The notes under the pieces are model-generated. The model was given only the letters and a program-made list of their open reading frames with translations. It did no database searches and was not told the DNA's origin. Of a stretch of 64,000 bases of DNA, positions 1 to 24,116 are shown piece by piece; the first letter of the stretch is position 1, and each line of letters begins with the position of its first letter. The DNA is from Adineta vaga (lineage: Eukaryota; Animalia; Rotifera), in contig CP075495.1 of NCBI GenBank assembly GCA_021613535.1, positions 10,788,001 through 10,852,000 of the forward strand, in the 5' to 3' direction. A program made the translations under genes and the position numbers.

Positions 1-2675
1 ACAAAATATCTTGTTGTTTGTTTTTTTCTTCTGTGTTTAATTGTTATTTGTTAACTGAAACAAAATATATGTGAAAAAAGAATAAAACTACATCGACACT
101 ATGTAGTTTAGATAAAATTCTCACGTTCTAAACCAACGATACGAATGTGTGAAGCAAAAATGATTTAACAACTTCTATCACTTTATAGTAATCTATTAAT
201 CAACTATAAAATAATGTTTGATATATCCTACAACTATTTTCAACAATTCAATAGATCAATAAACATAAAAAATCCATTAAAAATTATGACGATCCATTGA
301 TTTCATTCATTCTCTTTATTAGCTTTTTATTAACATTCAGAAAATAGTCTGCTCATTATACTTGGCTTTATCCGGAAAATCTTTTTATTTTTCTTATCAA
401 TTAATCTGTCATAATACATACTAATAAAAAAGGAATTCTCATTAATCGTTCTCAATCTGTCTCCTTCGGTTATCAAATAAAGTATGATTTGTAGGGAAAA
501 AAATAGTCGAATTGAATAAGATAATTTTCAGATGAAATCGATCGAAATGATTGTGTTCTTGTCTTTTTCTATTTAATAGACATGCACATTTAACATTAAT
601 CAGATAGGTTAAACATAAACATGAATATTATTTATATAGAACAGAATTTCATCGAGGAGTTGTCAATTGAGTATTCTGTTGATCGAAATATGGAGAATCT
701 CTTCGAATTTTTCTTATCAGAAAAATGTACGTCAACAACAGAAAAAGAAATCTTATAATCGGAAGCCAACTGCGACTTTCACTTCATAATATGAATTCGC
801 ATGTAGTAAGTAGGATTTCATCATGTGTATGTGTGTGCCACAGTATGAAGTCATATTGATCTACCGTCGAAGTAGATTGTTAGAGAAGAGGGAAACAGAG
901 AGAAAAGAAGAAGGAAACGTAATTCGATCAAGTCAGCATATGCAGTCGTGATTCTTCTATTCAAGTAGTAATCGTAAGAACAAAAAACCGAAATAGAAAG
1001 AGAGCGAGTGAAAAGAAGTTGTTGATTGTCAAGAAGATAGTTCAGAACTTTTTTTTTCTTCTTTCTTTTCAATATTAGGTTCATATCATGCTATCTTTTT
1101 CTTTTAATCTAACATCGACATTTTCATTGAAAGACGTTCAGAGTGCAGTATCAAGTAATGTTTTCTCTTATTTCATAAATATTTTCTATCATATCTTGTT
1201 ATTATAAATGATTGCATACGGAAAGATTTCTTCGAATGACAACAGATCGTCGATTTTCATTATTTTTCTGTTTGATATTAATGATTAAAAGAGTACGAAT
1301 GCTAAACTTTGAAGTCATCTATGCGTATTATTTTGCTCTTCGATCGAACTAAATCTGGTTAATGTTAACTATTATGCTAATCGGAAAATTAAACTTTTCT
1401 CGTGTTTCTTTCTGATAAATGTCGATTTTTTTTACTTGTTCGCTTTCATCGTTGACATCAACATAAGACAGTCATCGTCGTTGATTGCTGTCATCATTAT
1501 CATCTGTAAACACTAGATGATTTTAGACAATAGAGACAAAAAAAACGACGAGTTTCCTCGTCGCTTTGTTTTTTCTTCTCTCTTAATTAGGAGGTCGATA
1601 TTGATAGAAAGAAAAAAGATCTTCGATAGGATGGATAAACAAAGAAAATATTCATGTGGAAGATGGAAAGTCAGGACAATGTCGCTTGAATCTGCCCATT
1701 CAAACAAGCATAGAAACAAAAAGAGAGAGAGAGAGAGAAACGAAGAGGAAGTGTGTTGAGTCGTCATTAAAATGTTTTTCCTTCAAATTTTTTTGTCGGC
1801 ACTCTTATTGGTGTCAGCGTTACATCTGACAGAATGCATTGCTTTGTCTTTTCTTCTCATTTTTTTATATGCCTTTTTTTTTCTATATCGTTCTTTTGTC
1901 GGTTAAACCTTCTCATCAAATTGCGTGAACAATCGTCTTTTGTATTAGAAAGCATCAGCGCGTGTGTCAGAACACATTGTGGTCGTCTGTTGTTGTTGTT
2001 GTAACGTTGATGATGGCATTGTATTTGTTTTTCATATTTCTCTTTTTTTCGTAAGGTCGTATTCACGTATATCCACAACATCTTTATTGAGTAAACTGAT
2101 CTTACTTCTTTATTTTTTTCTTTACGAACATCTAAGATTTCAATGCCGTTCGTCTTTCTCATTGAGTTGACAATGATAATGAAGACTATTGAATGAGATT
2201 TGAAAGAAAGTGAAAGAAAGAAATTGAAGTTTTTCTTTTCTCTTAATTCACCCTTTCGCTTTCATAACGATGTCGTTTCCATTATCATTCCATTCAACAA
2301 CAAAAAAAAGAAGAAGAAAACTACATATTTTTCTCGTCATCATTCCTTGATGCTGCTCATTCATTCACATACATTTCATCATGATTATCATTGAGTGTTT
2401 GCATCGTTTTTTCTCTTCACTCCATACTAGTTTACAAAATATTCTATGAGATTTTTTTCTCTATTTTAGCATTCATCTATTTATTAATTGATGAAATAGA
2501 TCAATGGTTGACAAGTACTGCTCATGATAAAATGTTTATTCTAAATTAATACGATTTCTGTTGTTGTCTCTTATCGGCGAATCTTATTATTGTTAAGATC
2601 AATTATATCATTCTTCGATTCAATCTTTCTTCTTACATATGAGCATCAATTGAAAACAAAAAGAGAAAACCTATC

Positions 2676-13647
<10,972 letters not shown>

Positions 13648-15067
13648 ATAATTCAATGAAAAAATTAAAAAACAAAAAACAGACAATAAAGCCAAAATTT
13701 CCTTCTTTCTTTCAATGATTATATCTTCTATTTTTCATGTTTAATAAACGCCTAGATGTGCGTACTTTATTTTCGACTTCTATTACTATAGCTGTATGTT
13801 TTGTTTTTTACAGCAATATATATTTTTTTTCGTTTTCTTATTCATTTTCATGTTCTCTTTCAATGTATTGATCTGTATTGGCAAGTCTCGTTTTGTTTCT
13901 CTCTTTTCTTTAATTTTACCTCTCTTCTCTATCATCCTAATATCCTGTGAGTTTTTTCGACTGATTTGATTTTGTGCTGTTGTTCTCGGTGTTGTTGTTA
14001 TCATGTCATTTGCATATAAGATTCTATGTGTTATTGTCTGTATTTCTTCTAACTAATGTTTTTTTGATTTGCGAAAAGAAAAACATTCAGTCGTTCCTTT
14101 CTCTTTTATTTTCTCTTTCTCTCTCTCTTTTTTTCTCGATTTTTTTGATTGATTTTAAATTTATCGAAAAAAAGAAACAATTTATTTGATTTATAGATTG
14201 ACAAAAAAGACGTATTAATGTGAGATTTCATCTATTAATGATCATGACAGATCAGTCATAAGTTGAACTTTTTGTAATCGTTATTCTTGTACATCATACC
14301 TTGATATGTCTAATATCATTTTTTGTAAAAACTAACATGCTGACGCTGTAGAGGATAATAAATATTTATATTACTGTCGCGAGATCCCAAGGCATAGGAA
14401 GATCTGAATCTATTTTGAATTCAAGGACTACCAGTTCATGGAAATTAAGCTCGATCTATTCTTTTGAGTTAATAAACTGAAGCGTAAAATAAAGCTGCAC
14501 GTTTCGTTCGAAGAATATAAAAACAAATGCGAGCATAAAGAAAAAATTTAGATTTCCTTTATGAATATTTAACATACGTCAAACAGTATAGACACAAAAT
14601 GAACACTCTATTTTGATTATATAACATTACAATTGAATTTTTCTTACATAAATACAGATATTAAATCCAATGAAAATTAAACGATCATTGAGAGAATAGA
14701 TAGATATACGTATATCATATTCTCTGAGGTACTATAAATTTTTCTTGCCGATAGTACGAAGGTGATACGATGATTTGTGAAGAAGATATTGCACAATTCT
14801 CTTGATTTTTAAACTATACCTTAGAAATTACATATGATAAGACTTGTGTCTAAAATAAGTAATTCTGCGCACATATAATTCCAGTTCGTTTTCAAATCAT
14901 TGCTACTGACAAAAGAGACGTATTCTACGGACATCTATGTTACGTTTAAATTACCAGCATTTTCGACTAATCATAAGAGACTATTTTTTTCTGATGATTC
15001 GCCTGACAGATTCTTTTTGTTGTGTATTTTTTAATTCGGAAATAGTTTTCTAACGAAGTTGTCATTT

Positions 15068-16161
15068 ATGTCTTCATCAACTATTTTTCTACATGATTTT
15101 CTGGTTCCCAATGATGGTTCTCAAGGACCATTTGAAGTAAATCAATTTACCGTATTTTCTATCATTGTTTATAGAGATATTTTATTTTATCATAGTTAAC
15201 AAGTGTTCCTGGTCAACGAATTAATTTTCGACGTGAACGAAGTCCATCTCTTGTAAGTTATTTTAAAAATCTTTTCCACTAATCATATTCTTTGATATTT
15301 GTTTTTTTTTCTAGGAAGATAATGAATCAATGTTTAAATCAGCACGTACAGATTATCAATCAGTATGTTTATTCAAATCTATTAGTCTTCATTTGATTCA
15401 TTTTTGTTCTAGGATTTGATTTCTGATCCTCCACTTCCTCGTCGACGTGTTGCAAAAAAGACTACAATAAGTAAATCTATTCCAACAACGACTATCAATA
15501 AAAATCCTATTAATCAACAACAACGTACACGACGAGTAACTGCTGATGATAATTATGATGAAATAAGTCATTATACTTCACCAACACGACAATCGTCTCA
15601 ATCTATGATTACTGCGAATAATAATGAAGTAAAGAACGGAAATTTTTTAAATTCAACATTTTCAATGGTTTTCCTCTCTTTTGTGTTTAGGAAATAGGGC
15701 TTAGTCGAATACCTGATCAACCATTATTACCAACATTTAGTGATAAAGTTCAACATGAACTTCTTATGGGTATATTAACAAAAGATTTGATTCAATTTGA
15801 TTTGAAATCTGTTTTGAATTTATTCTAGGTAATCCGGAATCAATAATGAATGAATTAATACGAGAAGCAGCGGATTTCTATATGAATGTATATCCACAAT
15901 TAACTCATGGAGTTGAATATAAAAAGATTGGTATTGCATTGATTAATGAATATCCTTGTTTAGCATGTGAAGATACAATTAATCCTCATGTATGTTCTCT
16001 TTGTGTCAATAGAAAATAATGATATTAATTTAAATTTGTTTCTTTTTTAAATACTTTTCTAGGGTTTAATTACATCTCGATTATCAGCTCGAATACGAAA
16101 TGTTCGCCGAAAAATGCGTACAAGAGAACAAAAATGTCAAATGCGTGGAACCATCTATTAG
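15068..16161 (+). CDS. Uncharacterised multi-exon protein with a SAMD3-like C-terminal helical domain
   Basis: Exons with GT-AG introns give MSSSTIFLHDFLVP... and end LPTFSDKVQHELLMGNPE...EYKKIGIALINEYPCLACED...SRLSARIRNVRRK...GTIY*. Domain similarity is from memory of SAMD3-like proteins. Confidence 0.6.
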
Positions 16162-16835
16162 AAACATATTCAATTGATTCATTGTTCTTGTATAGAAAAA
16201 TATCTTATCATTGTGTTTATAGTAATAAACAGAAAAGAAAATCGTACATTACATTCATTTAGAATTGTTGAAATCAAATAAGTTTTTATTTTCATGTCAT
16301 TTGAAACATCGTATCGGTATTCTTTGAATTTCATTACAAAAAAATTACAAGAGAATTTGGTGAAAAGAATAGAAATTGTGATTAATTTGTTTTGTTATTA
16401 AATATGCATTCATCAAAACACTATCCAGATGTGCACGGTAGTATTGAAAACACAATCAAATATTATCTTATTATTATAGATAAGATGAATATCAATTCAG
16501 ATTTGTTCAAAGATCGATTACATAGATAACTCTGATTTATTTTCTCATAGATAGAAGATAGATTTTCATAGACACTCAGCAAAATCAAAAAAAAGATGAA
16601 TATTTTGTATACAACAAGAATAAGTATGATAATCATAAAGAAAAATATGGATATGTGTATATATATATGTGCGCATGTAATCGACAAATGTAGCAGTGTA
16701 TTTCTTGGTTTTTTTTGGATAAAAGAATATACGTAAAAAGAAGCATAGACACTGGGATTAGTATGGATTCATTTGCGATAGAGTAATAAAAGAGAGCAAG
16801 AGAGAAACATAAATAAGTGTCTAACAAAAGAAGTT

Positions 16836-18816
16836 TTATTGCCATAGGAGATCTGATGATGCTGGCATGTATTCTGTAACTGGACGGGTTGGCATTCCAG
16901 ATATTATAGCAGATGCTGATGCATTCGTTTTTGAATTTGCAAATGGAACGAACTGAGAAAATTGATTAGTTAACTAAAACGAGTAAAACAAACAAAGAAT
17001 TGACAAATCTGACAATAATAAATTGTTTACTTGATCATTTGTAAATGTTGATGGAGCATTTTGAAGTGTAGGTGTACTCATATTATTAGAATTATTATGA
17101 TTCATATTGGGTATTCCAGTTGCTGGTGGAAATTGATGACCTTGCTAAAAAGAAAATATTGAAATAATATATGAAGGAAGCAGCTGATTCAATGGTAAAG
17201 ATTTACTTGAGATTGAAATCCTGGATGAGTTCCACTATTAAATGTTTGTTGATAAAGATTACTGCCAAATGATGCAGATTTCTGATGAGAATGGAAATGA
17301 TGTGGTTGAGCTTGTGAATGAGGAAAACCAGGTGTATTCACTGAATAAAAATGTGTCATTTATTGAAATGTTTTCTTTAATCAATTATCACAGAAAAAGA
17401 GTTAAAAATGACATACTTTGAGGTAATTGTATCGTTGGTGGACGAATATTTGCACCTGATATCGTGCCAATAGATGTTGAAGGTGTATTGAATAATGCCA
17501 GAATTTTGTCATTACTCAGAACACCACTTGTATTTGTTGAAGAACTGATTTCATTCGAAGATAAAAATGCACTGTGTAAATCCTGATCCAAATTTGTTGT
17601 CGCTACATTAACTACGTTCACAGTTGTCGATGGTACTGATGAAAATATATCATGTAAAGGATCAATAATGTCAGTTGAAGAAGGTTTGGTTGAGGTAATT
17701 GTATTCATTGAAGAAGTCGATGTTATTGGTAATGATGGCTCATCTAGGAATAAATTCATATTAGCATATCATTTTATTGAATAGAATTTTATTCTACCTA
17801 AACCTAATAAATTCAAATGATTTTCTACAACTACAGGTTGAATTGGTGTTGAAATCGATGCTGTCGAAGATGATGGAGTCGTTGATGTTGGACGATCATT
17901 ACCTGCTTGTCGTACTGGATTAGTTGCTGTCGCTGGTGCTACGAATGCTTTTATTTTTGGAATGTTATTGTTAACAGTTTTCTCTGTCTAAAATTTTATT
18001 TTATATATATAATTCATTTTGAGAAGAAAAGTAAGCCACTCTTTACTTGTCCTGATTCCACTGTTGGTTCTACACGTCGTTGATTTGTTTCTGATTCAAT
18101 CAACTAAATAAAAATAGAAAACTATGTTTATAAATCTTATAGAATACAATCTTTGTATGTTTCAATGTTAGAAAAGAAAAACAAAAGACAAGACAACACT
18201 GACATCACTAGACACCGTTATTTCTGGTGGGATCCATTCTTTGGCAATCCATTTCCGTTGTTCATATTTAGCGCGAATAAATGATTCCAACGCACTATTG
18301 AATTCAATAGAAGAAATCATTAAAATAAGATAAGAATCCTTTTCTCTACATACGAATCAGCCTGAGGTCGTCGAAAGCCAGGAGGTAGATTAGCTTCATA
18401 TACGGCGCGTGCACGATTATTCCCCATTGCTTGCATGGACTAATTGATTAGAAAGAAAGCAATGTAAAATAAAAACGAACGAAAGACATCGTTTTTAAAA
18501 AAATTTCATACCGCAATTTGTTCAGCTGTCCATGAATCTAAATTAACTGATTTCACTTTCGATATGTGTACACCTAAATTCCGATGAAATCCAGCACAAC
18601 GAATACAAATAAAAATACCAAGATTCCAACTAGCCCATCGAGGACCTGAGAGGTAAGAAATAATACAACATTCATTGAATTGATAATTGTTGTATTCCTA
18701 CTTTTTGTATCACAATCAACACAAAATCGATTGTCATCTTCTTTGAGCATTTGTGCTAATATCATTTGATATTTTTCTTGCATTTTCGATTTTTCACGTT
18801 CTGAACGTATCGACAT
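16836..18816 (-). CDS. SMAP1: Stromal membrane-associated protein (SMAP1/2-like ArfGAP)
   Basis: N-terminal ArfGAP zinc finger [63 protein letters not shown] motif, C-terminus DLLWQ*. Confidence 0.92.
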
Positions 18817-20134
18817 ATTGATTGAATATCAAACAATATTATAGTCAATATTCTATAAATGAATACAGAAAAAAATAAAGGATAAAATTCATTGTCATAA
18901 AAATTCTTCACAAAGAAAAGTATTAAAATAATAAATTTCCTAAATACACACGACATCATATCATCATCATCATCGACATCAAAATATTTTCTTATTGGTA
19001 GAAAGCAATGTACCAATAAGAAAACTTTGCCAAAGAGTGTCACTTTATGCAGGATAAGAGAAATATCTGCAGTTCTTCACATACACAATTCATATTGTAC
19101 TAACATTTAATTCACTGGTCTTTCAAATAAAGTCTATTCTATCATAGTGATATTATACAGACCAAACGATAAATATAATAAAACGGAAGTTACTTCGTTT
19201 TCAAAAGTCAATAGAGTTATAGGATATACTATCTCTCTCTCTTTAAGCATCGATATAAATCAATCCTAATTGTTGTTGGACTTCAAGTATATACGTACAA
19301 GTAAATACTATAATAGTCTAATAAAATAGCCATTTGAAAGAAATCAAGCAGTTTTGTAATGTATAACTATGTGAGGCATTTTAACCTTTTGTATAAAAGA
19401 TGATTTTCTCCAAATTATCATCACAAAGCAAATCTTGCATAGTTATTAGTTATATATGTTTTCACTAAAAGTAATTATACAAAACAAGTTAACCATTTTT
19501 ACTTCCTTCGAGAATGTCAACATACATATTTCCGACATATGTATCAGATAAGATTATTAACTTTACAACAAACTTTTCGAAGAGAGTATATGAAAATCAA
19601 AGAACCGTTAATATTTCAATACTTAACATCATTTTCAATTATTAAAATTTTGTTCAAACTGATATTCAATTAATTGAAATCATGTGACTATCTTCTCATT
19701 ACTTACTGCAGATTATTAATAAAGGAGAAAAAAAGGAGAAAATTCTACATGTACTCGAGGGTATTGATTTACTTAATGAAGACCAAGACAGGTGTCTATT
19801 GTTTGTAGGTCATTTCTCACTAGGAGGCTGACATTTTCATTTGTCATCACTAGTTTATATTTCCTCATTTCTTTCTTCGTCGCTTTCATTTGTTTTTGTA
19901 TTTCTTCTTAAGAAATCAAATTCATGATAAAGTTCGACTATTTGATTAACATTCTTTCTTGATCAGATCTAACAAGATATTATTGATTTTTTTCTCTCTA
20001 AGTTCGATACGTGCCTTTTCTCTTCCGTTAAATAATTGAGAAAATTAATCGAGCAGAAGAAGAAATCATTTGTAATCTATCATCTGTCTTTTAGTTTCTT
20101 TTCTATTCATTCGAATACGTGACACAATTTTCTA

Positions 20135-23100
20135 ATGTATTATTTTTCCAGACCAACAAGGTAAGAAATGATTAATTGTTGCTTTTATGGATTTACTAAT
20201 CGATTAATAATTCGATTAATTATTATACATGAACAACTGTCAGATCTGTTTTTTTTTCTCCCACATGTCTTATTACTTTTTTTTCCGACTATAATTGATC
20301 TATTAGAAAATGACCCTATAAAAGAAGAAACTATATCGACAGATTAAATACATAACAACAGCGGATGGCGTTAATATTCTACAATGCCATTAATAATCTC
20401 TCTCATATGTTACAACGAGAAGCGAGGTAAAAAATGATTACAAAATTTGAATTTACTCATTACAAATATCCGTTCTTTGATGTTAGAGAACGAAGTTTAT
20501 TCTCGAGTATTTATTTTTCTTTAAGGCATAAATCACTAGCACGATATCAACAAGACTAATTGACAGCTGTCTATTTGCACTAGTGCAAACTCATCACTAA
20601 CACGAATGACACTGACAACAACATTAATGTATATCGACACGATAGTTGCACAAATGCCGATCTCCGAGGTTTTCTTTACGTGGGCATCTGTCGTGGATGT
20701 CTGCTTTGAAAGTGTACAGTCAACTGACACTTATCTATATCTATGTCTATATCTGTATCTATATCTATATATATATGTATATACAGATAGAAGTATATGA
20801 ATGTATATTGTATATATTTGTATAAAGAAGTAGATTTTCAGTTATACTCGATTGTAACAAACTTTCATCGAAGCACTATGTTTTATAAAAAATAATTCAT
20901 AGTCTGCTTTGATTTGTTAAATAACATATTGTATTCTCTTATTTTTCTCTCTCTCTCTCTTTCTATCCACACATCTTTTCTTAATATATACAATATTTTC
21001 GACACATACATACACATATATATTTGATTATTTAATCATTATATTGTCATTAAATGTCGCTTCTTTACTATCGTGTTTTCAACGATATATTTGATCTATT
21101 TCGTCGACGTAGTGCAGTGAGGTAAGAAAAAAAAACTCTATTTCATAACACATACGTGCACCGAACAAAGAACAATGCATCGGTAACCTTACTCTTTTTT
21201 CCTACTTTCTCTCACAGCTTTTTTAATTTTAAATATAAATACTAGATATTATCCATATGTTTTCTTTTCGTTTTACAACATAAATAAGTAACAATTAGAT
21301 TTATGAATACGTACTTCGAGATGACAGACATTTATAATGCTTAAATAAACAGAAATATTGATTGTTTTCATATGTATCTTAGAGAGAACAGGTAAATTGT
21401 AATTGACATTTTATTCATTTCTTCTTGAATTTATTTATATTTGTTCAGCAACGTAGAAGTCGAAAGTTTTCATCGATGATGAATGACATGCTAGTTTTGA
21501 ATGTTTTCTATATTAGAAGTAGCGTATTCGTTCTTTCAATAAATCTTAATTAGAATCTATATTCAAATAAGATGATAGAATTTCCATACAAACGAGAATC
21601 TTTTTCTTCTCTTCTGAACTTGTTTTGAATAATTCATATTATTCACATTGGATTATAATAATACTATTCTTCTTATCAAATTACAAAGATCAGTTCATAC
21701 TTTCTAAGAAATTATCAATATTGTATAAGTTTAATCTTACTTATAATATTCCCTATTCGATTTATTTCATTTGTAATCATATCACATCCATCGATATTTT
21801 CATACTGCATCGAATTTCAAGAGAAAATTCATGTAAGTACTCGTTCATATTTTTATCTTTGCATATTCTCTTATAAGATAATAATTGATATTGTTGAGTG
21901 CTATGCATTTCTAAACGAGTACACACCAATGAACTAGTAATTCTTAGCACATGTCATACGATCAAGAGTGGTGACAATTCAAAGAAACGATTCGAATAGT
22001 AATAGGCAAAAAAGCCAAAAGAAAGTGGAGAAAAGTTATATTAGTGTACGCACACATCTCTCTCTCTCTATATATATATATTTATAAGAATAACGAGAAC
22101 TACTTATATCTCTATCTCTTTCCAAAAGAAAACATATTAGTTATAGTTCAACTATTGGATTAAACCAAAATTGATAACAACAATTGAAAATAAGACGACA
22201 ACAAATGAAGGTATTATTTTATTCTAGTGAATTATTTTAATATATAATATAAGGTTCAGTTATAATTTGTTAGTGATATAGTCTAATTATAATAAATAAT
22301 GATATCATTAATTATTAGATTTATCTCTCTATTCATTTGACAAGAATAGTTATCTGAAGATTTTTTTATTCATACTTTTCTATTTCAACTATGTCAATTA
22401 TGAATAGGTAATCTGTTCTAACATTGAGTTAGTTTGAAGTTTAATTGTATAGTACCAAGATGTCAATCAATTTATCAGTCAAATATTTTCTTTCATTTGT
22501 ATTCTTAAATGAATCAATAGCAATAATCATTATTCGATCTATTGATATATAAATATATTAAACAGGTGTATCCATCTTATAGAGAAGACCTTTTGTCCAT
22601 GAATAGTAACTAGTTGATTTGTATAGAAAATCTAACCTAGAGGTTAGATAAACTCTGATTAGAAACCTTGATGATACTGTTGAGACATTCAGGGTTACAC
22701 TTCTTTTTCTTATTTTATACATCATCTCTCTCTCTCTCTCTCTCTCTTTTCGTTTTTTTTATGACTTCCATTCTCGCTTTTCTTCTTAGATATTATTCTG
22801 GGTACTATCATTCTTTTGCTCGATTAGTAATAATAAATGTCTAAGAAAAGAAAACCCAAAGAATTTCTCGATATTTATTCGTATATATGTGTTAAACAAT
22901 CAAACAAATAGGAATTGTCTTATAATTAGACAATACATATTAAGAATATCAAGCGAACGCAGAAAAAAGAGGATATTACTAAAGTATGCTAATACGAGTT
23001 TTTTTTCTTGCATATAACATTGCCTTCAATAATACGACGACAGCTAGAAAAAAAAAGCAATCGTTTGACGAGCACTAGTGATAACTGTAGTCACTGACCT

Positions 23101-23323
23101 AATGGCAAAGATAAACGATAATATTGAGAGTAGAATAGAAATAATTCGAATTGTACTTGAGTAAAAAAAGATAAACTAGAATGTTATTCGATGCAAAAAA
23201 TCGACATTATCATGGATCATTGTCACATTTATTCAATAATAGTAATACTAACTGTTCTTCAAGTAATGGAAGTCTATATGATAATCTTGCATTATTATCA
23301 ACAACAATAAATGGAGATCTTCC
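20135..23323 (+). CDS. Array of candidate alternative first coding exons of the K2P channel (20135-20160, 20365-20426, 21054-21121, 21175-21182, 21372-21391, 22391-22407, 23181-23323)
   Basis: Each is an ATG-initiated open frame ending at a GT donor in phase 2, matching the acceptor ttttttcgtcttggcag|g at 24116/24117. Confidence 0.7.
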
Positions 23324-24116
23324 GTGAGTACAATATATAGAAAATATAAATAAACTAATCAAAGAACCTATTGATCTAATTATTTCGACTATAATTTATA
23401 TCATATGAAGATAAGTATCTGAATAGAAGAAAACATTCACGTTTTATCTATCGAGATATTGGAATCTGATAAATGTCATTAATGATACAACAGATCATGT
23501 TTCAGATCAATGTTAGGATGTTTTTCTTCGTTCGTTTGTCCGTTCGTCAGTTAGTTAGTTAGTTCGTTAGTCATTCTGAGTATAGATCGCTTATGATTTC
23601 TGCAAGAAAAGACATTTACACTTCTTTTCTCTTTTCAACCTCCTAGTGATAAAAACACATGTTAAGTCGATTACCGAATATCTCTATTCTTTAATTTGTC
23701 TATTTTGTTAATACATATGAGTGTATATAGTTCTCATGTAGCAGACAAAGATTGAATGATTGGTTTGTATCCTCGCGTCGTTGTTTTCCTCTTGTTCTTT
23801 TTCTTTCTTGTCGATTCTTTGTCATCATTAGAACCGATCAGAGATATCAAGTAAACAGATTCTGTTGTTCTTCTAATTCTATCGATTGGATGAATCAATC
23901 ACTCTCATTCTCTCGTTGTTCTTCTCCTTCTCAGTTTTGGTACTGACTCGAATGCTTACTAGTGTTAATCATCGAGTATCGTTCTATTCTATCTGGATCG
24001 TCGTCTTCATTGATTAACGAAACTTTTGTTTTCCCTAATTTCCGCATCAAATAAATCGTTCCATATTCAAATTTACTCAATCATTTTGCGAATATGTTCT
24101 TTTTTCGTCTTGGCAG

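Noticed and set aside
1-2600. Short Lys/Phe-rich ORFs
   Set aside because: Low-complexity AT/GA-rich non-coding sequence with no motifs or coherent splice structure.
22205-22215. Other donor-like sites upstream of K2P (22210, ~19791, ~21832)
   Set aside because: Not phase 2 relative to an upstream ATG, so not counted in the first-exon array. They could be UTR exons.
24094-24116. ORF-track start MFFFRLG for the K2P channel
   Set aside because: Looks like an intron 3' end (polypyrimidine + cag). Upstream phase-2 exons explain the N-terminus better.
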